Below, in pieces: positions 26,391 to 34,598 of a DNA stretch of 44,352 nucleotides; within the stretch, counting starts at the first letter, position 1; every line of letters begins with the position of its first letter. Source of the DNA: a virus. Its lineage: Duplodnaviria > Caudoviricetes. The position numbers were made by a program, and so were the translations under genes. The stretch is taken from positions 1 to 44,352 of the IMG/VR virus record IMGVR_UViG_3300032247_000719; one strand, 5' to 3'. Under the pieces are notes generated by a model. The model saw nothing but the letters and a program-made list of their open reading frames with translations, searched no databases and was not told where the DNA came from.

Positions 26391-27965
26391 CTATCTATAA
26401 AATGGGCTGGTACTAATTTCGGCCTCGGGCATGGTCATGTCTTTAGTGAGAACACAGGCTATAGCAAGGGAGTCGGCGTAATCGTCATGGGCGTGGGCCT
26501 CATCAGGAGCAGCTGCAGAGAAGTTAGGGCCCTTGAACTTAGTTTCTAGGTCAGTCATCTGCTGGATAAACCGCTTATGGGAGCGAAGTCTACGAGTCTT
26601 AGCGTGGTTAGGGTAACCAATACTCCTACGGTCAATAAGCTCCTTAAGGTGTTTCCAGCGCTTAGACTGCTCACTAGAGCTACTGGTAAGGGCTACTACC
26701 TCAGCACGAGGTAAAAGTAGCTTAAGCCGCTGAGCTACAGCGTCGCCTACACCATTAGCATCTACACCAACCATAAAGACGTTGTAGTTAGATAAGAAGT
26801 TTACAATCTGGAAATACTGGTCCTCCCAGTCATCTCCCTGCAGCTCTAGCCAGTTTAGGATTCTATGGTCATAGTAACCGAACTCATCCGGACGATCCCA
26901 ATCTACCCACACTACGGTAACCACCGTGCTGTCCATCTTACGGGCCGGGTCAATACCGACTACTACAGGCGTTCTATGATAAGAGCGAACAACTTCCATA
27001 CTGGTATCGCCCAAGTCTTCCATAGTCTGCGACGTTACAAACATACCTCGTTCAAGCATCCACTTGCAGTTGTAGGACATCTGGAATTCATCAGAGTCCT
27101 CTCCAATGCGGAGCATTTCCTTGCGTACGAACTTATCATACTTAGGGTTTACCTTTGCAGGCTCTCTCCAGTCCCACTGAAAATGATTTTGCCGGCTGCC
27201 CCGGGAGGTTTGTTTACGCTTATTAAGCTGGATTGAGCTGTAAAAGTTATTTTTAACATTAGTAGGGGTTCCAGTCTTAACCATAGTTCCAGCGTAGTAC
27301 GCAAGCATAGGGCTAATAGACTTGGTAACAATAAAGTCATCCGCCCCCTGACACTCATCGATAACAATGAGGTGGAAAGACTTAGATTCAATCTTGGCTC
27401 GCGGGTTAGCGGTCATCATAGTAAGGCTACTACCGGAGTTCTTTAGGCGAATCTGGCGAGAAACTCCGGGGACCTTACCTAGTGAATCATCAATCTCAGG
27501 GTCGCCTAGAATCTCAAGAGCACGCTCAGAAGTAAGGCGGTCTACAGTTCTACCAAATAGGGTTTCTACCTGGCCCTCAACAGGGGCAAACATACCAATC
27601 CAGATACCATTTTTAAACTGGCCCAGTAGATCTGGGTACATATGGGCAAGGCGTGGAAGGAGCACCATAAGAGTAGAGACGGTATTAGCGATGGTCTCGG
27701 ACTTACCGGACTGACGGGAGGCAAGCGCCGTGATCTCCTCACCATCATTGATGATAACAGACTCAATAATACGACGAGCAAGGGGAAGCTGGTAAGGATG
27801 CAGAGAATGGCCCACCAGCGCGTCCATAAACTGAATCATCTTGTCGATCAGCTTTTCTACGAACTCCTTAGAGAACTCGTCGACGCCCTCTTCAATAGGA
27901 GGCTCAAAAGACTCGGCCGCATTCTCGATCTCGTCGTAGTCTAAATAAAATTGGTGTTCGCTCAT
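26391..27965 (-). CDS. terL: Terminase large subunit
   Basis: Walker A SRQSGKS, Walker B LIVIDE, GTP coupling motif, RNase H-like VGIDPA and HDDYADS. Confidence 0.96.
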   Translation of the reverse strand: MSEHQFYLDYDEIENAAESFEPPIEEGVDEFSKEFVEKLIDKMIQFMDALVGHSLHPYQLPLARRIIESVIINDGEEITALASRQSGKSETIANTVSTLMVLLPRLAHMYPDLLGQFKNGIWIGMFAPVEGQVETLFGRTVDRLTSERALEILGDPEIDDSLGKVPGVSRQIRLKNSGSSLTMMTANPRAKIESKSFHLIVIDECQGADDFIVTKSISPMLAYYAGTMVKTGTPTNVKNNFYSSIQLNKRKQTSRGSRQNHFQWDWREPAKVNPKYDKFVRKEMLRIGEDSDEFQMSYNCKWMLERGMFVTSQTMEDLGDTSMEVVRSYHRTPVVVGIDPARKMDSTVVTVVWVDWDRPDEFGYYDHRILNWLELQGDDWEDQYFQIVNFLSNYNVFMVGVDANGVGDAVAQRLKLLLPRAEVVALTSSSSEQSKRWKHLKELIDRRSIGYPNHAKTRRLRSHKRFIQQMTDLETKFKGPNFSAAAPDEAHAHDDYADSLAIACVLTKDMTMPEAEISTSPFYR

Positions 27966-28004
27966 GTGTCTTCCAGATAGGTGTAACTTATACTATGATA
28001 CAGC

Positions 28005-28088
28005 AAAAGAAGTGGGCCCTGACATAAAAGGGAGGTTAAAATCGTCAGGGCCCATAGCGCCACCTTAGGAGAGGAAAGAAGTGAGGCT
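28005..28088 (-). ncRNA. Candidate ~85-nt sRNA with two hairpins bearing CU-rich anti-SD loops
   Basis: Extended -10 TGCTATAAT at 28094-28102; 11-bp perfect stem TGGGCCCTGAC/GTCAGGGCCCA followed by CTTCTTTT; no ORF. Confidence 0.45.
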
Positions 28089-28094
28089 ATTTAA

Positions 28095-28343
28095 TTATAG
28101 CACATTTCTGTTGTAGAGCTCAGAAACTAAGCAGTTAACCGCCTCAGCGCCGATGAGCATATCCTTTAAATCTTCTTCGCTTTGAGTCTTCATATAAGAG
28201 GATAGGCTTCGATTAGTCTCAGATAGCGATTGGTCGATCCATCCCGGGATATCAGCGCTAGCTATTTTAGATACTCTTTTAGCCATCTTCTCAGGGAAGT
28301 TACGCTCAACTACCTTATTCTTTTTCCAAAACATTAGTCCCAC
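28095..28343 (-). CDS. Hypothetical helical protein
   Basis: ~80 aa ORF coupled to upstream gene (likely start ATG 28334). Confidence 0.75.
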   Translation of the reverse strand: MGLMFWKKNKVVERNFPEKMAKRVSKIASADIPGWIDQSLSETNRSLSSYMKTQSEEDLKDMLIGAEAVNCLVSELYNRNVL

Positions 28344-28606
28344 TCCAAGAGCTCCGATACAGATACGCCTAGGTCTCTTCCCCAGATAGCCGCTGTAAGC
28401 GCCTCTTCCTCATCCTGAGACTCTCCAAATAGCCCAATAACAAAGCCGTGCTTAGTGCAAGGGATCCTGAAAACAATACAACTGCCTTTACGGTAAGGCT
28501 CATCAATCTCGTGCGTCCACCCTTTTTCTACAATAGGTAGAGGCTTGCGGTGAGGATATTCAATTATTTGTCCGTATAGTGATCCAATATTTAACATTAC
28601 TTCCAC
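28334..28606 (-). CDS. Hypothetical protein
   Basis: ~87-90 aa; W..EI..PYR.G...VFR.P; likely start ATG 28597 (TAATG). Confidence 0.75.
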   Translation of the reverse strand: MEVMLNIGSLYGQIIEYPHRKPLPIVEKGWTHEIDEPYRKGSCIVFRIPCTKHGFVIGLFGESQDEEEALTAAIWGRDLGVSVSELLEWD

Positions 28607-29091
28607 TCATCAATCGGGGTATACATTTTCTTTTGAGCTTTACTGGAGCTTCTTGCTTTTCTATTATAGTACTTAGTTGACTGCCCGGAAACTTTGCCTT
28701 TTTCAGCCCAAGAGTCCAGCTCTTTTTGCATGAACTTGCCCTTGGAGGATGCGTTCTTAAACTGCATCCACATAGTTTCTGGAACATCATAGTAGTTATA
28801 CAGCGTTCCATCCCTGAACTGCACAGTCAAGATAGCTAGCCTTTTATCGTACCCCGCTCCAATAGTTCTAGGTCTTTCAGGGTTTGAGGTAGTCGTTGGG
28901 TAGTCAGTTATATTTGCCCACTTAGTGCCATCCCTAAACTCCTCAGGGGTAATAGCATCTTGGTTTGGGTCAACATCAAAGGTATTATTGGGGTCTTCTA
29001 AAAGGCCCTGCATCATAGCATCGTAATATGATTGATCTGTGTCGTCCCATAAGGGCTTAAAGGCTTTATCGTCTTTTTCTGGAAGAGCCAT
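28597..29091 (-). CDS. KTSC-domain protein
   Basis: GYD....L.VQF.DG..Y.YYDVP...W..F..A.SKGKF is the KTSC signature. Confidence 0.88.
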   Translation of the reverse strand: MALPEKDDKAFKPLWDDTDQSYYDAMMQGLLEDPNNTFDVDPNQDAITPEEFRDGTKWANITDYPTTTSNPERPRTIGAGYDKRLAILTVQFRDGTLYNYYDVPETMWMQFKNASSKGKFMQKELDSWAEKGKVSGQSTKYYNRKARSSSKAQKKMYTPIDEWK

Positions 29092-29357
29092 TATTCCTCA
29101 CATTCATGGTATTCAGTCTCATCTTCACGGACCCGAGCGTGACAGTCATAGCACCTAAGCCACAGGGGAGGGGTAAAATTATTTTGCGCAGTGGCGCCTA
29201 GTGGGAAGTCCCCACCGTCTTCAGGAAAAGCTTCGTTATAGTCATATACAACTTCGCTCTTAGCAAGGATCTCCGGGGGGAATGGGCCCATTGGGCGCAT
29301 AGCGCTAGAAGGGACTGCATGTCCCTGGAAGGTGTCTACCTTACGTATAACATTCAT
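29091..29357 (-). CDS. Hypothetical protein with C-terminal CxxC...HxC zinc finger
   Basis: CYDC.......EYHEC; no RBS, likely leaderless. Confidence 0.75.
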   Translation of the reverse strand: MNVIRKVDTFQGHAVPSSAMRPMGPFPPEILAKSEVVYDYNEAFPEDGGDFPLGATAQNNFTPPLWLRCYDCHARVREDETEYHECEE

Positions 29358-29370
29358 ATTATAAGAATAG

Positions 29371-29399
29371 CAAAGGGGCGAGCTATTGCCCGCCCCTAA
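29371..29399 (-). terminator. Intrinsic terminator after holin-like gene
   Basis: AGGGGCGGGC-AATA-GCTCGCCCCT then TT. Confidence 0.7.
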
Positions 29400-29408
29400 T
29401 ACTAAAAT

Positions 29409-29612
29409 TTACTTGCTTGAACCAATGCCGTACTTGGTATTCTTTGGATCAATGTAGCCTAGAGCAGGGCCGATAAGACCGGCTAGAACGGCCGTAGCGA
29501 GGTCCTTAGGCGTTGTAGCACCATTTGCTACTGCTGCGCCTAGGGAAGCTAGGGCGGCGTATGCGAAGTGTCTTAGAGCTGCTGTTAGAGCTGTCTTATT
29601 AATTTTCGACAT
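29409..29612 (-). CDS. Holin-like membrane protein
   Basis: 67 aa, two hydrophobic segments, C-terminal GP.L..IDP.N..YG; RBS TAGGAGAG; extended -10 TGCTATAAT near 29644-29652. Confidence 0.65.
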   Translation of the reverse strand: MSKINKTALTAALRHFAYAALASLGAAVANGATTPKDLATAVLAGLIGPALGYIDPKNTKYGIGSSK

Positions 29613-29655
29613 TTCTCTCCTATAGAGTAGTAGTTACCCTATAATTATAGCACAG

Positions 29656-29964
29656 CTATTTAGCTTGCTTATCGTGCTGCTCAAACTTGCCGCTGAGCTC
29701 ATAAAGCTTATCGCCAAGCTCTTCCTGGCGGGTTTGAATGTGGTCTACCTTATCGGTAAGTTCATTTACAGCTTGGCGAAGTCCGCCGCCATTAGGGCCA
29801 AATTGCTTCTCAATAAAATCTAGCTTGTCGCTTAGACGTAGCAGCTGAGTTAGAGAGTCGTTATGGCGCTTTTCAAGCCTCTTTGCGAGCGCCCATACGC
29901 TTACCGCTAGGGATACTGCTACGGAGGCAACTTGAGACGCGCTTGACACGGTATTGAGGTCCAT
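29656..29964 (-). CDS. Membrane-anchored coiled-coil protein (actinophage lysis-cassette NGG type)
   Basis: N-terminal TM helix, PNGG.LR.AV motif, coiled coil; start ATG 29964 with RBS AAGG. Confidence 0.65.
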   Translation of the reverse strand: MDLNTVSSASQVASVAVSLAVSVWALAKRLEKRHNDSLTQLLRLSDKLDFIEKQFGPNGGGLRQAVNELTDKVDHIQTRQEELGDKLYELSGKFEQHDKQAK

Positions 29965-30136
29965 CGATAACCTTTTCTTAAGAATGTGTAGTTTAGCTGT
30001 ACCTAATGTATCCCACAAAAATAAAAACGTTACTTACATTTATACACTATGATTGCATAAGTTGTCACGTTTAATTGTGTTTCACTTTTTAAAATGTGGG
30101 TACATTCTCTCTAAGTAACTACATAGGAGAGTGTGT

Positions 30137-30442
30137 ATGGCTACTGCCCCAGCATTTGATGGAAGCCAAGCTTGTCTAGGTTTAGACATAGACCATGATT
30201 TATTTTTTCCGGATTACTCTACTCTTACTAAGAGTGAGTATGATGACGTATTAAATGAAGCAAAATCGATTTGCAGTTCATGTAACTTTGTAGTACCATG
30301 TCTAAAGTACGCTCTTGACAATAATGTGCTTGGTGTATGGGGAGCTACAGATGAGCGAGAAAGAAAAGCTATGCGTAAAAAAATGCGTCTAGCTAACCCA
30401 AGACCTATAAGCAAGGACATTAACGAGTCCCTGCGGAAATAA
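30137..30442 (+). CDS. whiB: WhiB-family [4Fe-4S] transcription factor
   Basis: C...D.D.LFFP...AK.IC..C.....CL.YAL.....GVWG.T...ER; RBS AGGAG before ATG 30137; only + strand gene. Confidence 0.95.
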   Translation: MATAPAFDGSQACLGLDIDHDLFFPDYSTLTKSEYDDVLNEAKSICSSCNFVVPCLKYALDNNVLGVWGATDERERKAMRKKMRLANPRPISKDINESLRK

Positions 30443-30475
30443 ATAAAGGCCCTAGATTTCTCTAGGGCCTTTATT
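30442..30475. terminator. Bidirectional terminator between convergent genes
   Basis: Perfect inverted repeat AATAAAGGCCCTAGA-TTTC-TCTAGGGCCTTTATT. Confidence 0.88.
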
Positions 30476-30483
30476 AGTTTTAG

Positions 30484-32217
30484 CTAGATGCCGTAGTTTC
30501 GGGTGAAACCAACAACAGTAGCAGTTGTAGCGCCAGCCGATGGGGACTGAGCCGATACAACGGTGTTCTTTGGACGGAACTTAAGAGCAGTTGCTCCAAC
30601 AGTTCCTGTGCAACCTGACGCAGTAACTATGAATGATACGGTGCTAGGTACGGAAGATACGACTGCATCACCAACGTTTAGCGTAGTATTTGAGCTACCG
30701 CTCAAGTTAACGGTATCGCCAACTGACAAGTTGTGGGCGGTACCTGAAGTAACCTGAAGGGTAGTAGATGTAGTAGCAACTGTCGTAGCGGTAATGTCAG
30801 AAGAGAACTGAACAAAACCTGGGGTCATACCAGCTGCGCGGATCTTTTGGATAGCGTAGCTTGTGGTAAGGCCGATTACATTAGGTGCGGTGTACGATGG
30901 GGTGAATGCAGGGTAGCCACTATCTGAGTTTGTAACTCTATCATGGTTATCAACTGATGGGTCCAAGTTACCTGATGGAATTAGGTAAGTTGTTGACCAG
31001 CTTTCATCACCAAGGCTGACAGAAGCAGTTCCTGAGAAGGAGCCGCTCTGCTTGATGCCGTATCCCTTTGCAGTTACAGCCGTTGTTGTGGTGTTAGCCA
31101 CAGCAAAGGCGGTAGCGGTTAGGCCTGCAGAAAGTACAGTAGCATCCGTAACGTTGTAACCACTTGGGGTAAAGCCGTATACACTAACCTTATCGCCAGC
31201 AGCAAGTCCATGTACCGATGTGCCTACGTAACGTACGTTAGTTCCGTCACCTACAGTGCCCGTACCAGCTGTACCAGTAACGCCAGAGATAATAACCTTT
31301 GGAGCGCCAATGGTGAAGGTAGTTGAGGTAGTTGTTGTAATAACGCCAGATGCATTGTAGTTAACATTAGAGGCATCCTTAACGGCTACGTTCTGACCAG
31401 CGGTCAGGCCGTGAGGAGTTGCAGTCGTATAAGCAATAACCTGCGTAGTGCTGGTAGCGCCTGTAGCAGAAGTGACAACTGCTGGAGCGCCAGCTGCTGG
31501 TACGTTCTTAACAATAGCTGCATTAGTTACTGAAGTTACCTTAGTCTTAAGTGGGCTATTGAAGATAACAGATGTAGCACCTGTTGCTGCAATTACAGCA
31601 TCAACGTTGTATGAAGTTGGGATAATACCTTGGATAGAGATGCTCTGTCCAGCAACAAGACCATGGCCACTGCCTACGGTCAACGTTACTTGGGTTCCAT
31701 TTCCTGATACAGCTGTTACAGCAACGTTTGCCGCACGGTCATCGTTAGGCTGAATTGGGAAGCTGTTATTCCACTCATGAGCAACAACTACGTTAGTCTG
31801 AGCAGACGTTGGAAGCCAAGACTGCTGCTTAGATGAGCTACCGTAAGGTGACTCAGAGACTAGAGAGTCGTTGATAACGGTACCTACTGAAACAGAGGCT
31901 GTAGCAACAACTGCAGGAGCCTTTACAGTGAAGGTGTTAGTGCCGGTTACAGATGCTACAGTAGCTGGGGTACCCCAACCAATTGCGGTAGTGCTAGTTA
32001 CGCCACCGTAAAGATTGCCATCCGGGTTAAAGTTAAGGCCGACATTGCCAGTTCCATAGATGATTACTGGTGCGCCGAGAGTAAGATTATGTGCGGCTGA
32101 GGTGGTGTACGACAAGGTCGTAGTGTTGTTAGCAGAAGCAGCTGAAACTGTTAGAACTTTAGCTGGGTCTACTACTGGTGGTGTGCTCAATGTGTATGAG
32201 CCGGTATCGCGTGCCAT
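30484..32217 (-). CDS. Virion surface protein with five H(G/N)L..G..V.I beta-barrel (FCCH-like) repeats and a split PASTA domain
   Basis: Repeats AHNLTLG, GHGLVAG, PHGLTAG, VHGLAAG, AHNLSVG; PASTA halves PNVIGLT...A...I.AAG and V..QSP.AG. Confidence 0.7.
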   Translation of the reverse strand: MARDTGSYTLSTPPVVDPAKVLTVSAASANNTTTLSYTTSAAHNLTLGAPVIIYGTGNVGLNFNPDGNLYGGVTSTTAIGWGTPATVASVTGTNTFTVKAPAVVATASVSVGTVINDSLVSESPYGSSSKQQSWLPTSAQTNVVVAHEWNNSFPIQPNDDRAANVAVTAVSGNGTQVTLTVGSGHGLVAGQSISIQGIIPTSYNVDAVIAATGATSVIFNSPLKTKVTSVTNAAIVKNVPAAGAPAVVTSATGATSTTQVIAYTTATPHGLTAGQNVAVKDASNVNYNASGVITTTTSTTFTIGAPKVIISGVTGTAGTGTVGDGTNVRYVGTSVHGLAAGDKVSVYGFTPSGYNVTDATVLSAGLTATAFAVANTTTTAVTAKGYGIKQSGSFSGTASVSLGDESWSTTYLIPSGNLDPSVDNHDRVTNSDSGYPAFTPSYTAPNVIGLTTSYAIQKIRAAGMTPGFVQFSSDITATTVATTSTTLQVTSGTAHNLSVGDTVNLSGSSNTTLNVGDAVVSSVPSTVSFIVTASGCTGTVGATALKFRPKNTVVSAQSPSAGATTATVVGFTRNYGI

Positions 32218-32249
32218 TAGGTTTCCTTCCTAGGCGGTTTGAGATCGAT

Positions 32250-32684
32250 TTATTTTGTGCTAGCTTTTAGTTGCCAAGACCATTTCTGGTGCATGTCTAT
32301 CCGTTCAGCGATGAAATTGGCAATGCCCTGTTCATTCGCATCATTAGCTGTCTCAAATACCGTTTTAAGTTTACCTACAACTTGCTCATTGCTTTTCAGC
32401 AAATCCTTAGCCATGGCCTTGGCGTTTGTAGACACCTTGCCACCTTCTAAAGAGCTTAGCTTTATAAGTGTATCTAACTTAAACGGCGCATACTCATCTA
32501 ACTTACGAATATTTTCGGCAATTGGGTCAATGCTTGAGTAGACATCTTCATAGATCTCTTCAAAGAGTCCATGGTACTGAGCAAAGTCAGGGCCTTCAAC
32601 ATTCCAGTGGTAGCCATGCGCCTTTAGATAAAATACAAATGCGTCTGCCAGTACCTCTGATAGCTCATCAGTTAGCTTAGACAT
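32250..32684 (-). CDS. dps: Dps family ferritin-like DNA-protection protein
   Basis: K.HGYHWNV.G.DF..YH..FEE.YE......D.IAE.IR.L and H.K..W.L motifs. Confidence 0.95.
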   Translation of the reverse strand: MSKLTDELSEVLADAFVFYLKAHGYHWNVEGPDFAQYHGLFEEIYEDVYSSIDPIAENIRKLDEYAPFKLDTLIKLSSLEGGKVSTNAKAMAKDLLKSNEQVVGKLKTVFETANDANEQGIANFIAERIDMHQKWSWQLKASTK

Positions 32685-32917
32685 TACTTACCGCCCTTAT
32701 GGGGGTTCTTTTTATGCCAATCTTTGGTAGCCTTAACGCCCTCTTTAACTGTTTTTGCTCCAGCTTTTTTGGTCAAATCGATCTTATCGTACTTGCCGTT
32801 CTCTTTTTTAGAGCCAGCATGGTCAACAACTACGTCACCTTTTTTGTCTTTGTAGACGCGGTGAACCTTGCCAGAAACCTTAAGAGTAGCTGGGCTTTCT
32901 TTCTTCTTATTAACCAT
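32684..32917 (-). CDS. Small Lys-rich hypothetical protein
   Basis: Start ATG 32917 overlaps upstream stop (ATGGTTAA); 77 aa. Confidence 0.75.
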   Translation of the reverse strand: MVNKKKESPATLKVSGKVHRVYKDKKGDVVVDHAGSKKENGKYDKIDLTKKAGAKTVKEGVKATKDWHKKNPHKGGK

Positions 32918-33329
32918 TATTTGGGCATTCCTCTTCTCTATGCCAATGTATCTCTGCGTGACCATTAACGTTATGGAATATATGACCTGTTCTTTTAAAA
33001 TCGCTAGTAGGTATTCTTTTATTTACAAAATATCCTTGAATACCAGCCTCCCCCTCATCACGATAAAGTTGAGGTAACTTATCTCCCTCAATGTTGTAAA
33101 TATCACCTGCGTATTGACTAGCGTTTTTTACCCAGTTTTCGTGTGGGATTTCCCCAGGGTGTTCAAACATATAAACACCATTAAACTCATCGGAAGAAGG
33201 TTTAGATGGTTTTAGCCCACTTGCTTCGATACTTTCTCTTTTTTCTGGCATAGATAAGTGCAAAAATTGCTTTCCTTTAGTCGGTAAGCTTGACCGCACT
33301 TCACGCAGTCTGTTGTAATTTCTCCCCAT
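32910..33329 (-). CDS. Putative ADP-ribosyltransferase-fold protein (Tpt1/KptA-like H-Y clade)
   Basis: FLHLS......SI.ASGL.P......GVYM ... IY.I ... IP.S.F matches the H-x-S / SI..GL.P / VY / IP.. layout. Confidence 0.55.
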   Translation of the reverse strand: MGRNYNRLREVRSSLPTKGKQFLHLSMPEKRESIEASGLKPSKPSSDEFNGVYMFEHPGEIPHENWVKNASQYAGDIYNIEGDKLPQLYRDEGEAGIQGYFVNKRIPTSDFKRTGHIFHNVNGHAEIHWHREEECPNNG

Positions 33330-33487
33330 TACTTTTTCTTTTTCTTAGCGGCGTTCATATTATCCACTAGATTAGGGTAAGGACGACCTGCAGCCTTAGC
33401 TCTTGCTTTAGCTACTGCCTTCTTCTTAGGCGTTAACTTTTTATCTTTTTTAGTAGGATCTGTTGTATCCCATACTTCTTTAGCCAT
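33329..33487 (-). CDS. Small basic protein (52 aa)
   Basis: Not in ORF track. MAKEVWDTTDPTKKDKKLTPKKKAVAKARAKAAGRPYPNLVDNMNAAKKKKK; TAATG at both ends. Confidence 0.8.
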   Translation of the reverse strand: MAKEVWDTTDPTKKDKKLTPKKKAVAKARAKAAGRPYPNLVDNMNAAKKKKK

Positions 33488-33756
33488 TACCACTTCACCT
33501 TATTTGCCCAGTAGGCCGCAGACATTTTGCCTTTGGCGATATTTTTAGCGTGACGAGCCTTAAAAGAATCATTACGCGCTGACCCATCAGGGGATCCCTT
33601 TACACCTTGTTGACCAAAGTGAATAGTCTTAATCTTATCGCCCTCTTTAGCCACAACAACGTGTGACTTAGTTGGGTGGTTAGGTGTGCGCTTAGGCTTG
33701 TTGTAGCCCGACACACCCGCACGCTCTAAGCGTGGATCCTTTTTACTTGCAGCCAT
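33487..33756 (-). CDS. Small basic phage protein
   Basis: NKPKRTP.HP.KSHVV.A...I.FGQQG...SFKARH...SAAYWA.KVKW. Confidence 0.85.
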   Translation of the reverse strand: MAASKKDPRLERAGVSGYNKPKRTPNHPTKSHVVVAKEGDKIKTIHFGQQGVKGSPDGSARNDSFKARHAKNIAKGKMSAAYWANKVKW

Positions 33757-34244
33757 TATTGATACTCCTTAGGGTAAACTTCAGAAACGCGTTGTAAATG
33801 GTTATTGTGGTGTTGAATAAACTCTGCTGGAGTCATTTTAGGCCCACTAAGAGTAAAAGGTCCCTGATTAGGGTCATCATAATCTGTTACATTAGTGCAG
33901 TCTAATGTTCCATGCTTATCATGCGTATGGTCAATGTAACCGCCACCGCTCCAGGTAGACGTCCATTTACCTGTTTTATGATGAACATAAGGAGAACCAT
34001 CTTCATCAAATTTAACCATATGTGCTGGAAAATCACGCATACGCTCTAAGGCATTAGCATCAACAGCAGCTTTAAATCCGCCTTTTTCTCCAGTCATTGC
34101 CATTTCCAGGCCTTCATACAAATGCTCTCCCAATGCACGTCCCTGCATCTCACGGGATTCACGCTCACTAATGCCAAAATCTGCTGGGTTAAGCTCAGGA
34201 CGGCGGCTACTGTCCGAGCCCCTGTCTCTAGGTGATTCCGTCAT
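33756..34244 (-). CDS. Hypothetical His/acid-rich protein
   Basis: 162 aa coupled ORF. Confidence 0.8.
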   Translation of the reverse strand: MTESPRDRGSDSSRRPELNPADFGISERESREMQGRALGEHLYEGLEMAMTGEKGGFKAAVDANALERMRDFPAHMVKFDEDGSPYVHHKTGKWTSTWSGGGYIDHTHDKHGTLDCTNVTDYDDPNQGPFTLSGPKMTPAEFIQHHNNHLQRVSEVYPKEYQ

Positions 34245-34423
34245 GTTTGATGTTCTCCATTTGGTCCCTTACCAGGCGTAGCATAGGTAAATACGCTTGG
34301 TGCATCTATACTTTTAGGCAACTGCCTCAAACCAAATCTTGCGTCCTTTACAAGGGTAGGTTGAGCTACTGCTTGAGAAAAGGATTTAACTCTTGGTGTT
34401 AAGCTACTGCTCAAGGGGACCAC
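34241..34423 (-). CDS. Small hypothetical protein
   Basis: 60 aa; fills the gap, ATGA overlap with downstream gene; start uncertain. Confidence 0.6.
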   Translation of the reverse strand: MVPLSSSLTPRVKSFSQAVAQPTLVKDARFGLRQLPKSIDAPSVFTYATPGKGPNGEHQT

Positions 34424-34596
34424 CTATTCCATTGTTCCGCCTGAGTAGGTACTCCACGAATACCACCAGTTACCTTTGTAATTGCGTCACGGAACTCGCG
34501 GGCATTCATAGAGCCCTTATTAATATTATAGCGGGCTACTGCCTGTTCTTCAAGTGATGATTGAGGTTTTAGTGGAGCCTTACGCTTCTTAGCCAT
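34411..34596 (-). CDS. Small hypothetical protein
   Basis: 61 aa coupled ORF. Confidence 0.7.
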   Translation of the reverse strand: MAKKRKAPLKPQSSLEEQAVARYNINKGSMNAREFRDAITKVTGGIRGVPTQAEQWNRWSP

Positions 34597-34598
34597 AA

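Noticed and set aside
30038-30074. Fifth copy of the late-promoter motif (TTAAACGTGAC...TAGTGTATAAAT)
   Set aside because: Needs a 14-nt spacer and has mismatches within a very AT-rich region; too weak to call.
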